DNA from: Trichoplax adhaerens
Lineage: Eukaryota > Animalia > Placozoa
DNA length: 64,000 bases
Direction of reading: 5' to 3'
Assembly (NCBI RefSeq): GCF_000150275.1
Contig: NW_002060952.1
Location: 1,354,452 to 1,418,451, forward strand
Shown here piece after piece: positions 38,525-51,927 of the stretch. The notes below the pieces were generated by a model. It was not told the origin of the DNA. It saw only the letters and a list, made by a program, of their open reading frames with translations, and did no database searches. The position numbers and the translations under genes were made by a program. Each line of letters begins with the position of its first letter. Position 1 is the first letter of the stretch.

Positions 38525-39770
38525 CGTGCTGAACTTTTCTTTTGGAAGTTGTTGTTTTGATATAGTGTAGCTGTCAGTCCAACTGGGCCGCTGCAGTACC
38601 TGGACAGTAGAGCGGTACAGTCCATTCTGCTACAGTACAAAGCTAGGGGCCATTCTGTTGACTTTTCTTTTGGAAGTTGTTGTTTTGGTATAGTGTACAG
38701 TAGTACTGTATAGTGTAGCAGTCAGTCTAACTGGACCGCTGCAGTACTGTACCTGGACAGTACTGTACTGTAGAGTGCGTCCAGTACAGTCCATTCTGCT
38801 ACAGTACAAAGCTAGGCCATTCTGTTGACTTTTCTTTCGGAAGTTGTTGTTTTGGTACTGTATATTGTAGTGTAGCAGTCAGTCCAACTGGACCGCTGCA
38901 GTACCTGGACAGTAGAGTACTGTACAGTGTACAGTACATTTTGCTACAGTACAAAGCTACACTATTCTGTTGACATTTCTTTCGGAAGTTGTTGTTTTGG
39001 TACAGTACAGTGTAGTACAGTACAGTACTGTAGTGTAGCTGTCAGTCCAACTGGACCGATGCAGTGTACTGTACTACATTCTGCTACAGTACAAAGCTAC
39101 ACTATTCTGTTGAATTTTCTTTCGGAAGTTGTACTGTACTGTAGCAGTCAGTCCAACTGGACCGCGGCAGTACCAGGACAGTAGAGTACAGTACGTCCAG
39201 TACATTCTGCTACAGTACAAAGCTACGCCATTCTGCTGAATTTTCTTTTGGAAGTTGTTGTTTGAAATACTGTACGTACAGTATAGTGTACTGTAGTAGT
39301 CAGTCCAACTGGACCTGGACACTGGACAGTGGACAGTACAGTACTGTACAGTGCGTACAGTACATTCTGCTACAGTACAAAGCTACGCTATTCTGCTCAA
39401 TTTTCTTTTGGAAGTTGTTGTTTGAAATACTGTACAGTAGTACAGTATAGTGTACTGTAGTAGTCAGTCCAACTGGACCTGGACACTGGACAAGTGGACA
39501 GTGGACAGTACAGTACTGTACAGTACTATACTGAGTGCGTACAGTACATTCTGCTACAGTACAAAGCTACGTCATTCTGCTCAATTTTCTTTTGGAAGTT
39601 GTTGTTTGAAATACAGTACAGTAGTACAGTACTGTATACTGTAGTGTAGTAGTCAGTCCAACTGGACCTGGCTGGACAGTGGACAGTACAGTACAAAGCT
39701 ACACTATTCTGTTGACTTTTCTTTCGGAAGTTGTTGTTTTGAAAGTACTGTACAGTGTACAGTACATTCA
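38525..39770. repeat. Minisatellite array 1, copy B (9 core repeats, heavily interrupted by TACAGT words)
   Basis: GGAAGTTG core at ~38545, 38672, 38839, 38984, 39124, 39250, 39410, 39594 and 39726. Confidence 0.9.
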
Positions 39771-39771
39771 A

Positions 39772-40535
39772 GTACGCTAGCGGCTAGCCCCATGGTACCC
39801 CAGCCAGCAGATCGGCCGACTGGAGTACGCATGCCCCTTGCCAAGGGTCCATAGTGAGTGAATGTCGGCAACGGCGATCAGTAGAGAGCGTAGAAGCTTG
39901 TAGTAAGATTGATATGATGCAGGGTTCTGTTCTTGAGTTGATTGCATTTGTATTTGGACTTGGCAGCGGAGCAAGCAGATCGTCCAGCTGGAGTACGCAC
40001 GAGCAGTCGTAGCCGGTTCGGCTACAGTACAAAGCGACTCCATCCGTACTGTAGTCTACAGTACGCTGCACGCTAGCCCAGGGTACCCCAGCCAGCCGAT
40101 CGGCCGACTGGTGTACGCATGCCCCTTGCCAAGGGTCCATAGTGAGTGAATGTCGGCAACGGCGATCAGTAGAGAACGTAGAAGCTTGTAGCAAGATTGA
40201 TATGATTGCAGGGTTTTGTGCTTGATTTCATTTGTATTGAAATCGGCTTGCACCCGGGACTTGGCACTAGAGCAAGCAGATCGTCCGGCTAGAGTACGCA
40301 CGAGCAGTCGTAGCCGGTTCGGCTACAGTACAAAGCAACTCCATTCGTACTGTAGTCTACAGTACACTGCACGCTAGCCCAGGGTATCCCAGCCAGCCGA
40401 TCGGCCGGCTGGAGTACGCATGCCCCTTGCCAAGGGTCCATAGTGAGTGAATGTCGGCATCGGCGATCAGTAGAGAACGTAGAAGCTTGTAGCAAGATTG
40501 ATATGATTGCAGGGTTTTGTGCTTGATTGCATTTG
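39772..40535. repeat. Tandem array 2, copy B: three ~290-300-bp dyad-rich units ending ~50 bp before the BicC ATG
   Basis: Same unit as copy A, at ~39801, ~40089 and ~40390. Confidence 0.95.
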
Positions 40536-40583
40536 TATCGAAATCGGGTTGCATTTTGGAGATTTGGACGAAGCACGTCGACT

Positions 40584-43500
40584 ATGGCTGCTGTGGCAAG
40601 CGATCACAGCAGCAATGCTAGTAGCGATCGTGATGAAAGAGAGAATGAAGACGATGAGACGCGTACCGGGGATGAAATGGAAGAGCGTTTTCGGGTTGAT
40701 CGAAGAAAGCTGGAACAGATGTTACAAGGTAGAGAGAGAGAGAGATCATCAAGCCCGTCCTCCTTTTTCATTTTTGACTCGTTGCAATTTGTTTATCATT
40801 GTTGATCCAAATTCGTTGCTTGTCGTCTACTTGATTCATTCTTGTTGTCTCCATATCTATCGACAACTGACTTTGCCAATCTTCTTTTTGTGTTAATTGC
40901 ACTTTAGCTACTGACAATGGTCCGATAGAATCGGGTGAAAAATTCTTCAAAAAGGTAAAAATGAAGATTATTATCTAGCCAACAATGCTCGCCAACACCA
41001 TAGTCATACTAGACTATCGTCATCGTTGTCATGTATCATCATCAATATAGCCCCCCCCCCCCACCAAAAAAACACTCTCCACTCCACTTGTTTAGCGTAT
41101 GTTGATCGCTAGTGCAATGCCATCCTTTTCAACATGTCTCCTTTCTCTTCTATTTAGATCATGGAAGATACCTTGACGCATATCACTTGGCCTGCTAAAT
41201 TAAAAATTGGCGCTAAGTCTAAAAAAGGTAAGTTGTACAAAGAGAAACAACCATTTCAAAATACAATCCCATTGCCCTTCTTCTTGCCAACATGCAATCC
41301 CATCGTCAATTCAATACAAGCCTTTTGCCTTTCTTCATACACACCAACTACCAGCACAAATCGTCCAACAATCCAATAACAACTTTACACAAATCAAACT
41401 CATGGCCATGTTGTCGGCCATCACAGGACTGCCCATTGGAAAAAAATAACCCATTCAATTGGATAGCCATTCTCCCTTATACTGTCGTATTTTCAGTTGA
41501 AAAATCAACAACAACGCTGGCTAGGCGAGTTATTATTTTTTTTTTATTTTTTTTTTTATTTTTGGGGGGGGGGGATTAATGGATGAATGCATCATAATTG
41601 GTGGAAGTGGAGTCATTGAATGGATATCAACGCCATTGGAAATACAACATCTCCAGAGTTAATCAATCATCGATCTGCTGGATGATCAACATTGGACTGG
41701 GTATTTCTATGTCGATCATGCTTATCCTTTGCTCTGTCTTTTTTCCACCGCGTCGTCCATCATGCCATGGAGTGAGCGATCGATCATCGACGAGAGGATC
41801 ATGCTCAACTGCATGGATAGTTACTACCACCAAACATGGAGTTTAGTAACCCATAAAAAGACTCATCATGATGATGATCGCGATATCAAGACCGATCGCT
41901 GTATGAAACGAAGTCAATGGATCAATGACTTGAAGGCTTAACGTGTTTGATGAAGGATCCACTGAATGAGTTATGATGATGAATAAAACCTTCTATCGAT
42001 CTCAATGATTAGCTGGTAATCAATGCACTTAAGTCATTTTTCTTTCCCTCCCCCTACCGTGGTAAGGCAATCTTGTCCAGTCGAGTCCAATAGACAACAT
42101 AGATTGATTGAGAAGGATGGCATGTCAAGCCCATAAAATTCACTTTGACTACTCTATAGTCCATCCAATCCATTCAAGCCCCCCCATTTTCCATCTTACA
42201 CTAAATTGTAGTCATGACCACATGCATATTATGATCACTTAGCCAACGTTGCTAAGCTTGACTTTGTTACTTGGGTCCATGCATTACAAAACAATCCTTT
42301 CCACTGGCCACAGATGGGTTGAGATCATTCATTAAGCCTTTGGGCAATGCCAAAATGATATTGACATCAACTTGGGGCAATGGACCCTTTCAACGACAAT
42401 TGCTTTTTTTCCACATCAACAACATTCATTCATGCACTGCAGTATGTTGATTCATCACCGATGTAGTTTGTTGCTGTCAAGTAAATTATTAAGTATGAAC
42501 TTTAAACTTTTTCCAATATTGAACCCACACATTGCACACCTTCTGCACCTTTACCCCCCTATGCCCCCCCCCCCCATACAAGCCATCCTTCTCACGATCT
42601 TGCCTTCATTGAAAATCTCCCTCCATGACAGTCATGGTGGAGAAAAAAAAAAATTCAATCCACTTCTTGTTATACAACTGCAACTGTTACGATTGCCTCC
42701 AGGCAAATAAAGAGATAAAAAAGCATCAAAATAAATGAAGGGGGGCATACTGGATAGACCATCATTGTTTGGAATCGAGTTGGAATCCATAACCATTGCA
42801 CTGTATGTCCATGATGACTAGAAAGTAGACTGCACCAATCGACGATAACATTCCACATCGTCCACATTCATGGATTAAAATTTTTTTCCACTTGAAATTG
42901 ACTACAATAAAGGTAGTGTTGGTTCAACTTGATTCAATTTTTAAACTGTTCAAATGAAAGATCAATTAGTAGGATAGAGGCAAATTGAAATGACTAAAAA
43001 TGATCCAAGTTAGTTAATCAAAAGAATGGCAGATTATTTTTCATCTTGATTCAATGAAAATGAATTTTTCTATGATTCCAAAAAGCAAACTTGTATCGCG
43101 CCCTTCCTTTGATGATTTATATAAATGATACAGTACTTATCCTATTGGAATCGAGAAATGGAGGAGACGTTGAACTTTCTCCATCCACCTTACAATAAAA
43201 GGAAAACTACATTGCATTGCTACATACTTGTAATGCAATTGAAATGGATTCGCTCTTACTAAGTCAAAATGACCGCGGTCAATCAATAAACAACCGACTA
43301 CAGACTCTACTCGTAATTGTATCCCCTAAAAATGACCATTTCCAACATGGACTCCTCTTTCTATGACCATCATGTTGCCATCGAATCAATTCATCACTTG
43401 ACTACAATTGACATTTTGTGTAGCAATGATGACAGGTTTACAAGTAAAGGAAAATAGTTAAACTGGTGGTCAAATTCTAAATTTCTTTTATTGATAGTAT

Positions 43501-46500
43501 CGACTTGGCTTTACATTGCCATGCTGCAGTGCGGGGTCTTGTCTTACTCTTTTCTACTCTAGCATGTCCAATTATTACTCTAGTCTGGAGGACCCTTTCT
43601 TCCATGCTGATACAATGTGTAATGTCTACAATAGCATAGTCAAATAGAATGACATACGTTAAATTATGTTACCCTATTGGAAGTATTGAAAATAGTCATA
43701 CTAGATTGGCTATACTATCGCTCATGTCTATATCTATCCAATATGCCTAGTGAAGACGAATCATGCATTTATTTACAACCCTATTGCAATCTTCCAACCT
43801 ACGATGACACTAAAATGACTTCATTAAAATCGTTCCAACACTTGCCGTGTCGTCGTAGTACTGTCCACATTTTATTGCTCTCTCTCTCTCTCTCTCTCTC
43901 TCTCTTCATACTATCAATCCATAGTATCAATACATTTAGCAATATGGACAACATCAATAATAGCCAATACACTCCTTTTATTGTAGACAATTATGGGCAA
44001 TCTTGCCGTGAAAACAGTTTTTACTATTGACTTTTACAGTGTACAACTGGATAGAAAAGATTTTAAAGAATGACAAATACAACTGGCTTAGTTGGACGGA
44101 TTGAAATGTAGTCATGCTATTAAGATAGATATGGCTCCCTTTCTACTGTAGAATAAAACTTCATTTAAAAAATACACATGTCTAAAAAAAGAATTCAATA
44201 GCAACAGTATCGTTGAGTTCAATTTCAATGTGTTCTTGTCGCCAAGATAACTTGGACTCTTTATTTTAACATATATCTATATGTATATATATATATAGGA
44301 ATACAAATGTTAAGCTTGATCATAACCACTACTCGAACTGATTGCATTTTTACACTCTTTTACTAATGGATGTGGTAATCAATATATTTTTAGATCCTCA
44401 TATTCGAGTTATTGGTAAACCTGAAAACGTTCAATTAGCCAAGGAAAAAATCATGGCAATACTAGACACCAAAGTAAGCATTCTAAAGAACATAATAAAC
44501 CATCCTTAGAAAGGAAAAAATCAGTGATCACTATACGTATACAGTTACAAAATGGTATTGTCAATATTTTTTCTAGTTCCGGAATAACCATTGCTTACAA
44601 TAGTTACAATAGAGGAAAACTATTCTTGATTTGTAGTGGTTCTGGTTAAGTTTTTATACCGCGATTATCACATATCAATCGATAGCTGTCTCTGTAGCAC
44701 ATAAAGTTCGATAGATTGCAACTACTCACAATCGAATATCGACAAAGAATAATCCATCTCAATGTAGCGGTAGATTAAAGTATGTCTAGTTAGTTTGAAT
44801 CAGCAACTGCCTTATTAGTGTATACTTAGAAGGGCTATGTTGACTATGCTCCAACTACTTGATGAAGAATACATACCGATCATTTTCAATACACTATACC
44901 CAAGAGACTATTTAAGTAAATAATTCGCAAATCCAACTCTTCTACAAATAGTTATCATGTTGGTTATCGTTAATCTTAAGATTATAAATTAGTTGTAGTA
45001 TATTCTCTTTAAAATCAATCATTTAATTATTTTTATCAATTTCACTTGATAGTCCAATCGAGTAACTTTGAAAATGGATGTTTCACATACGGATCATTCT
45101 CACGTTATTGGTAAAGGTGGCCAAAACATTAAAAAAGGTTTGACATCATCACAACGATTCCATTTTATATGATAAGCATGAAAAAATTTTCTCCCTATTT
45201 TTGCATACGAGTATTACTATCGAAATGGGGTTGCATTGAAGGATTCCCATTCGACAGTAATTTCCTTTGCGTTACTCGTATATTTTACTTTAGTTTACAT
45301 TAAGCTTCAAAATTCTACTTCACTATATCCTGCATAGTATAAACTAGTAGACAAAGCGATATACTATTTCTACTTTACACTTGATTAAGGTGATTAGTGC
45401 CTAGAAGTAAACGATTGACTATTAATTTACCAATACGTTATTCTTCTATCTTTGGTAACGATAAAATATTGCCTTATTGAAAGTCATGATGATGATTCCA
45501 GTATTATTAGTGTTCTATCGTTGCCATGCTAGATGCAAACGATGATATTTGTGATATCCGTTTAACTTGCTTTTTGAATTTTCATGAGATAATTGAAAAT
45601 TAGCCTTAAATTTACTAATGGACTGTTATTATTTTTCTCTCGTAACACAATTCTCCCCTATGCTTGATACAGTGATGCAAGAAACAGGTTGTCATATCCA
45701 CTTTCCGGATTCTAATCGAGGCTCGCAAGGAGAGAAAAGTAATCAAGTTTCAATTGCTGGTCAACCTATTGGTGTTGAATCAGCTCGTGCACAAATAAGA
45801 GTAAGTTACATAGCACAGCGCATAACGATATCATTGCAATATACACGGATGCCATTCTCATCGATCGACAGCAAATGCAATTTCAATAAAATCATCCATG
45901 TGAAACGATTGGTACTCCTTATTGATTTTTAGGAATTATTACCGCTAGTATTGGCTTTTGAGGTTCACACTGGTGCTCAACAGAGTGGACGTAGCTTATC
46001 TGATCAATTTTCATCCTTAATACAACAACTGATAGAGAAATTTAATGTAACGATAACTTTCAAGCAGGTTAGCAATCACTTTCGTATTAAATAATTGGCA
46101 GTGCAATGACAATCTTGTTATGTTGCCACTAATCTCTAATGCGCTTGCTATCATTTCTAGAAACCAAGACTAATGGCTACGACAGTTTTAGTGAGAGGCT
46201 CTCAAAACAATTCTACTGCCGTTAAAGTAAAATTTCTTACATTGCTCTTACTTTATGTTGTTAAAATTATATATTAGGAAATTGTTTGTGAAGAATACTT
46301 ATTGCTTCAGCAAATAGGCTATTCTATAAATCAATTAAATGTTAATTACGATTTTTTTTCGCGTTGTAGGAGGCTACTGCTACCTTAATTGAGGCATTAT
46401 GTGGAAGTGTGGTTGTAAGTGATAACAATAGTCCTAGTACAGTATATTGTAATTTGATTAATCAAGTGTGATCGTTCTATCATCCTTAAAACTATACTAT

Positions 46501-49500
46501 ACTGCTCTATAGAGCATGATCCCAGTCAGTGTTCAACTCGATATTGCTCCACAGCATCATACTTTTATTATTGGTCGTGGCGGCTCAAATATTAAAAATA
46601 TTATGCACCGAACTGGTTCTAGGTAAGTTATTATTTAGCCCCAATGTAGCTTTTGTTATGCTATCAAAATAGGTCTAATATTAAATAATGCGAGATAATT
46701 AGCCTTTTATTGTGTAATAAGAGCTTTATGGTTGTTACTGAATCACATTTTTTCTTGATTTTAGTATTCATTTTCCTGACACCAACGCTGCACCATCGAA
46801 AAGAAGTACCGTCTATATAACTGGAGAAATCGAAGCCGTTTGCAGAGCTCGTGAACAACTTATGGTAGATATAATTTCTAATCATTGTCTATTGCCTTTT
46901 TGGTATGAGTTTAGAAATGATAATGAATACTTCTCTATGCTTAGGGCTGTTTACCATTAGTCTTAATGTTTGACATGAAAGAAGATATCGATACTGATCA
47001 AGGTAATATTCCTAAGAAATAGAATCAGTTTCAAAGGTCATTGTTGCACTATACTGCTTGTTTAAGAACCATCGTGTAACAGGATAGAAATTCGTAAGCG
47101 TAGATTATTCTATAATAATTAAGGAACATTTATTTTTAGGTTTAAGCAACTATCTAATGGAAACTCTGGATGTTTACATAAACATCAAACCTAAGCCTAA
47201 GCAACCTAGCAAGGTAAAAATAATTCAATTTCAAATAAATGTTACACTACACTAGTAAAGTTAACCTATTTAGGAGTGTGCAGTACAGTAATATCCTATT
47301 TATTTAATGCTTAACTGGTGAACATTTTCATAGTCTGCTATAGTAAAAAGTGTAGAAAAGAACGCGTACAATATGTACAGGGCGCGTGTTCAACTTCTTG
47401 GTATCGATCCACAGCAAAATCCCAGTCAGTTACCGCCACCTCCGATCAGTATATCAGAAAATGTCGATAATAACCAACGTAATGGTGCAAATTATTCCAA
47501 AAGGCAAACACCTAGAGCATCAAATTATAATAATAGTGGTGTTTCATCAACCAATTCCTATAACAGTAATGGCTTGCGTGGTGTACAAAGTCCTATACCG
47601 AGTCCTGGTAGTCATAGTTCTGGTTCTGCTAGTCCTATTAATTCTCCGTGGTTCCTTGGGGCGTCACCATCAACTTCACCAGGATATCCGATGTCTCCTC
47701 AAAATTACGACATGATGGAAAATAGCCCTTCAACAATCCCTGAAAGGCGTAATCCAATGACTGCATTTCCATATCCTCCTAATTCAGGAAATACTCCTCA
47801 TATGCCTCATATGCCACCTGGTCTAAGTCCTCTTAACAATCAAATAAGATCACAAAGTCCGATGCTCACCGCTAAAGATAGCACCACAATCACATTTAGA
47901 GTACGTATGCACTGAGATATAAATTTTACTTGTAGTTTCGTCTCATTCAATGACGTTATCCTTTTACTTTTTTAGCCAAATGATTATAGAAATAAAGGAG
48001 ATTTAACCACAAAGGGCAAAAAAGGTACAATTCTTTCGTATAAGTATTTTGTTTATATAAAATTCTAAGATATACCGAATTCTACTCAATGAATTAATTA
48101 CAATTTTTGTTACTGTTGTGCAAAGATTATGTCAAAAAGGCTGTTAATGTATCCTTCAATAATAAGACGAGGAACATAGCTAACGATAGCGATTGTAACG
48201 TTGGATCTTTACTTCCCAAAGAGGAAGGAAATAGAGACACGCGATCGTTTAGTGCTTCCTCTGGTGAAAATGATAGCTTTACCGGTAGATCAAACACTGG
48301 TATACTTTCTGGCATCAATTCTTCACCTTTGCGCTCTTCAAGCTCTTCACCAGATGATGTTGATTACGTAGACAGTCCTCGATCATCGGGAACTATGTAG
48401 GGCATTATATATTTATTTATTTATTTAAATACTATTCTATCATTATTTAACAACTTTACTTTATGGCTATAGCGGTGATCATCGGAATATGCCTAATAAT
48501 ACCATGCAATCACACGTAAGTGGCGCGTTATGAATTTATATAGATATTGCTCTGTTTTGCTGAGATGAATCATCGTAAATATCTATCACTTTTAGGAATT
48601 GGATTATGAAAGAAAAAAGTACTTAGCCTCTCTGGGTAAGATTATTATTCGACTCTGTAATTAGACTGTAATTTCGATAATGATTATTAACTAGAACTAT
48701 GGTCATTCAATATTTGAATACTTGGTACATTGCAGCGATGCAAACTGAAGTTGTTCCATCGAAAGTACGGACGCCGACGTATTCATGGATCGGTTATGGT
48801 TTCTCAAAATCGGTACCAGGCTCAATGTTGAAAAAAATGGTACAAGGACAAATAGCTAATAGATTAAGAAATTTATCTATCATATTAACCAAAGTATAAT
48901 TAAATTTTTTTTACAATGATATCATAAAGATGGAAGAAATGAATGCTCCAAATGCTAAGCCGCAAAAGGTAACTACATTGTAGTTGTTTATTATTAATAT
49001 GAATAGTTGTCATTTCTATATACTATATTTATGCTTGAATGAAAATTAATTTAAATACCTTAGTGTACCTTTGCCATGCGCTCAGATTGCACTTGTATTA
49101 TCTTTAAAATAAATTTCTCTAATATTTATGTGATTTTTTAGCCAATTCTCCCAAGCAATACCATTAATTTATCATCCACTTTACCTAATAGCCAGCTAAT
49201 GCAACAACAGAATGTTAGTATTGTAATATCTGTTGTAAAAATTTTAATTCATTAAGCTTAACACTTGCAAGTTTTTCTGTATTGCTAATACCCACTTACT
49301 GAAACATTTACAGACCAATAACATTTGGTCCAACGACTTAAGTTCTACTAGAGATAAGCAAGGTACAATAAACGCATTATTTACAAATTTGCTCTTATTT
49401 AAGGCGTAATACTGTTTTTACATTTTACGGGTTGATATCTAATGCGTGTCTATTTACAATTTACATCATAGATTTTAGTACGATGAGTGGCACAACATGT

Positions 49501-50024
49501 GACGTAACTGATTCCGATAAGCAGAGCTATGCTGGTTCTGAAGGTATGAACTAATATTACATATTAAAAATAAAATGGTTAAATCAGTAAGGTAAATCTG
49601 CATTTATATACTGTTTAGATTTAACAAAGTTATTTAAAAAGTTGGGTCTGGAGAAATACGTCAACGTATTCTTACAACAAGAGGTTGACTTGCAAACATT
49701 TAGTACACTGACAGATGCCGACTTGAAGGAGTTAGGTATTACAACTTTTGGTGCTCGTAGAAAAATGGTGACAGCAATATCAGGTACAACAAAGTAGGAA
49801 TAGTAAAAAGATGTTTTATCAGTGCGTAAAATTCTAATTTAAACTATTCCCAAATGATAGATATCCGAAAACAGAATCAGCAAAAGGTATCGTTAGAATT
49901 GGCTACAGACAGCGGCAAGAATGGAACGTCATCATCTTATATGAACGATGTTTCCGCTAGTCTTGCAGGTTCAGGTAGATATCGTCATGATTCAAATCTA
50001 TCTAATCCAGGATCACTGTGGTAG
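40584..50024 (+). CDS. BICC1: Bicaudal-C (KH/KH-like domains plus C-terminal SAM domain RNA-binding protein)
   Basis: Motifs: ERFRVDRRKLEQMLQ, WPAKLKIGAKSKK|DPHIRVIGKPENV (44394), SNRVTLKMDVSHTDHSHVIGKGGQNIKK, VMQETGCHIHFPDSNR...VSIAGQPIGVESARAQIR, QLDIAPQHHTFIIGRGGSNIKNIMHRTG, GCLPLVLMFD, IKPKPKQPSKS. A Ser/Pro-rich linker carries DYERKKYLA...VRTPTYSWIGYGFSKS. SAM domain LFKKLGLEKYVNVFLQQEVDLQTFSTLTDADLKELGITTFGARRKM (49620-49783). Stop TAG at 50022-50024. Confidence 0.96.
43878..43905. repeat. (CT)n microsatellite in BicC intron 3
   Basis: About 14 CT units. Confidence 0.9.
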
Positions 50025-51741
50025 CACCGTTATGCAAAGTGTATGCAAAGCTTTCAAACTCTATTGTTATCATTGGACATGTATCAACAAAATGCATTCA
50101 TTACTGGTCTTACATCCCAACTCGTAAAGCTTATACTTACTGCTAGGATAGTAAGATATATTAACATGCTAAACTCAGCTTTATTTAAGAAGCTTTTTTG
50201 TCTTTTAATTTTGCTGACCGGCTTAAGGCCTTGATTAATCTTTAAGTGCTTAATGCTAGTAATTAATTATTAGTTTCTTTCGGATTTTGACTTTTACAAG
50301 ACATGCGAATGTGCTCTAGTGTGTTCGCTTTGACATTAATCATCCACAAGTCTGACATCCATTGACCCATGCAGTCGATTATCATGAATGATAGTATTTG
50401 TACTTCTTTTTCGTTAGTTTTGATATTGTTGAGACGAAGTAAATTGGAGACCGTCTTCATTGACAGTAATTCCTTTGCTGTATAATTAAGCTCCCGACTA
50501 ATTGATAATTTAAGCTGCTCTGATGTGCGAAAATGGGTTTATTACAATGTAGTCTTAGTTATTCCTATCTAGTTCAGACGTTATTAACTCCATAATCGAA
50601 ATTTGTTTTTTGTTAGTTGGTTATGATGATATCGGAGGACGTTTACAACCTCATTATCCAATATAATAGAAATTACTGCATAGTGAATCTATAAGTATTT
50701 TCTTTTCGGCTCCGTTATCAATCAGAAACTGTTCGATTGGTATTGTGTCATTTTTTCCAAGTTATTTGTACAAGGACGACTGTGCGCTTCTATTCTAGTG
50801 TTGTTTTGTCTTGCGTGCAATGCTAGTAGCTTAAGTGTTATTTAACATTGCTACACGTAGTGCTCTGTCAATTTACAATAATGATTAATCATTTATCTAT
50901 ATTAAATAAGCAGCTTTTTGTTTTACAAGAAATAGTAGAATTGCGTTATCTTACTTTGTTACTGAAGCAGTGATACTGTATCATCAAATTGTTTTTATGT
51001 TTTTATTTGACCAAATTCGAAAACCAGTATAATGTTTAATGATATCTACGTACAAAACGTTGCTACTACAACCAACTTGCTAATTGACCATTTTGCTGAA
51101 GCTGATTTTCCGCGTCGATAGCAAATATAAATATCAACGATGTATTGATTTTGCATTTAATAAGCAATAACGTATAAATTGTGAGCACCATCAATGTCGA
51201 TGTATTTACGTATTAATGGACTATTCCGAATATGGATAAAAGCTATAGTAGTTGTGCAACTACTATTACTATTACATAATTGGTTAAATTGAATTGCAAA
51301 ATATCTACCAGGCCGAAAGATATATATAACCTCTGAATATACATACAAGTATATGATGCTATTTAGTCTCTATGACATCAATATTATTATTATCATTATG
51401 ATACCATCATATAATTTTTTTTGTATAGTCTGCTCATCAGGTTGTTATAATTATGTAAGTAACTTGCCATCGCTATCATGGCAAGGAAAATATATATGTT
51501 ATTGTTTTATGACAATGTGTAATAATAATAATTATAATAATAGTAATAAGAATGATTGCCTTCTTTTGACAATAATTATATATTAACGTTATTCTTACCA
51601 CTATTATTCCTCTTGGAGAAAAAATTTGACAGTAATAACTGCTGATTTATCACTCTTTATTATTAATTAATTATCATAGCTTTTACCCTATGTATCTGTA
51701 TAATTCATGTATGACTTACAAATTTTGGAGAGAAAATTTTC

Positions 51742-51927
51742 CTATTTGAATCGTTTACAAGCTTTATCATCGAGCGAGCTCTTGTCAACAACATTATCAT
51801 TGGATTCATTTTCTAATTTAATTTGGATCATTCCGTGCAATCCATGACGACATTGATACTCAATAAGCAATTGTAACATCCTCATCGGTGCTACGATGAT
51901 CGCGTAGTGCAACAAAGTATCATCACT
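51742..51927 (-). pseudogene. Orphan exon-like segment encoding an ankyrin-like repeat
   Basis: After a TTCTCCTAG acceptor the minus strand reads SDDTLLHYAIIVAPMRMLQLLIEYQ...KRFK*. A further fragment, DLRDKNWTTAMQ*, lies at ~52625-52690. Confidence 0.35.

Noticed and set aside
35905-39770. CRISPR-like appearance of regularly spaced conserved cores
   Set aside because: The sequences between cores are homologous to each other rather than unique spacers, there are no cas genes, and the context is eukaryotic. It is a minisatellite.
40335-40420. HDV-like ribozyme resemblance in the BicC upstream unit (minus strand ACUCCA-GCC-8 nt-GGC ... hairpin-CGAA-UGGAGU)
   Set aside because: No convincing P1 helix, the L3 loop lacks the U-C-C pattern, and a simple CCAGCC/GGCTGG hairpin competes. 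No hammerhead CUGANGA/GAAA core was seen either. An Infernal/RNArobo search or a cleavage assay would be needed to revive this.
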